Source: Marsupella aquatica (lineage: Eukaryota; Plantae; Marchantiophyta). Taken from it: DNA of 64,000 nt. Every line of letters begins with the position of its first letter. Positions within the stretch are counted from its first letter, which is position 1. The position numbers and the translations under genes were made by a program. Under the pieces are notes generated by a model, which did not search any database, had not been told where the DNA came from, and saw only the letters and a program-made list of their open reading frames with translations. The stretch is taken from the NCBI GenBank assembly GCA_973895155.1, contig OZ316897.1, positions 522,515-586,514 on the forward strand. The letters run 5' to 3'. This document shows positions 62,273-64,000 of the stretch, one piece after another.

Positions 62273-64000
62273 ATGTCTTCATCCTCTACAACTTCCACCA
62301 CATCAGATTCCTCTTCCGATGAAGAAAGTCGTCCTCCTCCTCAGCCTGAACCAACCGTACGTCGACCTAGTGGTCCACCACGCCAACTTTGTGGTTGTAA
62401 AAAATGTGTGGGGATGGTTGTCCAAAAGTCATATGTATGTGCGGAGCACATTGCTCGATATGGCCAACATCAAGGTCTTACACCGGGAGCTTCTTCATCT
62501 CGTATGGTGAGTTGTAAACTTACTGTGATTTCCATTTTATTTTGTAAATCTTGCTAGGTAGCATAAAATAAAATTTGGGAGGTTCATCACACTCACTTGG
62601 TTCCATTTCTTCCTATAGGTATCTAGTAGGCCTACACCCACTACACCAACACCCTATGTTCCCTCACAAGGAGTTCTAGATGCTATAGGCTCGGCACTTT
62701 CACAAGCTTTTTGTTTAGTGGCAGCAGGGCAAGGTAGTGTTGGGACAATTCAGGGTGACGGTATTGTTACAAGAGGGAAAAAAAAGGTCAAAAAGACAGC
62801 CTAGAGGGGAAGTGGATCAGTACACTTGTAGGGTTGATGGTAGATGGGGCCCTTGTACCTTCACAGGGAAGTGTGTTCCTATCATAAAGGATTGGAACCC
62901 GGAGTGCCTTGGTTTGCCATGTGATATAACCTATGGTGAGGAGATAGAAGTTTGGGGAAGACGTTGGGTTGTCAAGAGTTCGACCCTAGGGGAGAGGCAT
63001 GGGTATGGGATTTTCTCTTGTCAGGACATTATTGTGGATGATATGGGTGGAAAAGGGCGCTCTTCGGATGGACCAACGTTATTCCCGTATGGTGGACCCA
63101 TTTACAAGAGGAGACATTGGAACATGATCCTTGTTCAACACCCTGAGTGGAAGACTTATGCATTGGACATGGATACTTTTGATGGTTGCACCAGAAAGTA
63201 TTGTGACCAGCGTATAATAATGGTGATCCCATCCGTAGTGGGAATATTGCCGGTTTCATCAACAGTACTGTGGGGACCCGGCCTAAGCGTAGGAAAAATT
63301 GTGAATGGGTTTTTGTTGATGGTCCCCCTCCAGCCCTTTATGGGCAGAGATATCATCATGACCATTGTCTAGTTGTAGCTAATAGGACCATTCTGGCTGG
63401 AGAGGAGTTGTTTACACATTATGAATGGGATTAGGATTACTTTAGGGACATGTATTATACGTTCATTGTATGTGAACGTATGTTTTGTAATGACATGTTC
63501 TTTTTATATTGTTAATAATATGTTTTGAGCACTACTATATTTGGAGTTAATTTCATTGTGAATGCTTTATTGTATTGTCTATAGAATGTGCGGCCTAGTC
63601 AAGATATGTTGCCAAGGAGGTTGAGAGCTACATATCAAGAAATGGGCTTGCCACAAGACGGGGAAACATCATCAGCAGATTCCTCATCAAGTGACAATGA
63701 TAATGACAGTCCAGATGAAGGGGCACCTCGGACAGATTATGAGGTCATGCAAGACCAAGAGTCAGCCATGGATGACTTCATGACAAATTGGTTTGGTGTA
63801 GACATTGGTGGTGAAGGAGGTGTCCCACCCAATGAAGCAGACCCTCCACCAAATGTTGCACATGATCCAAGGCCTCAACGTACACCTGAAGGACAAAAAC
63901 AATGGGAAGAAGCTGAGGCACATGCTAGAACACCTATTTATGGGGGTGCTCGTTTGAATAGACTATCTGCCATCTTGGCATTGATGAATCTTCAGGCAAA
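62273..64000 (+). CDS. CACTA transposase of copy B, partial (exon 62273-62506, next exon from 63585)
   Basis: MSSSSTT...CGCKKC...CAEHIARYG...RM|gtgag; tatag|AAT GTG CGG (NVRPSQDM...) in phase 0. Confidence 0.85.
62719..63434 (+). pseudogene. SET-domain exon of CACTA copy B (1-bp frameshift at ~63218)
   Basis: VVKSSTLGERHGYGIFSCQDI...LFPYGG...YAL; after the frameshift GNIAGFINS...GEELFTHYEWD*; acceptor tttttgtttag|TGG at 62718/62719. Confidence 0.85.

Larger units (their letters stand above)
57731..64000 (+). mobile_element. CACTA copy B, inverted relative to copy A, runs off the window end
   Basis: Starts CACTACAACACTATCGGCC (reverse complement of copy A right end); colinear with 44274 back to ~38150 with scattered substitutions and indels; left flank TTT. 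Confidence 0.95.

Overview
Eukaryotic land-plant genomic DNA (bryophyte-like by protein character; species not determinable). There are no rRNA, true tRNA or CRISPR loci. 1-23 kb is gene-bearing: an SLDP/PTLD-like lipid-droplet protein gene (2 coding exons), an intronless ERGIC3 gene, an intronless plastid/mitochondrial OAS-thiol-lyase gene, and a fungal/bacterial-type gene with a decayed tandem paralogue, plus a tRNA-derived SINE, a MITE and a LINE fragment. 23-64 kb is a nest of transposons: a complete Bianca-type Copia element, a Ty3/Gypsy element, two inverted copies of a CACTA element and a GCM-domain MULE-like element next to probable cargo genes. The most notable results are three. (i) The Gypsy pol frame carries a DNMT3/DRM-like C5-cytosine methyltransferase domain just upstream of RT and a PHD finger at the integrase C-terminus. 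(ii) The CACTA carries a SET-domain exon nested in an intron of its transposase, which can be spliced in frame to the transposase N-terminal exon. (iii) The Gypsy element was cut by a CACTA (TSD TTT) and its halves now face opposite ways 23 kb apart, implying a ~13.5-kb inversion between the two CACTA copies. All family assignments come from motif recognition by eye; no searches were run.
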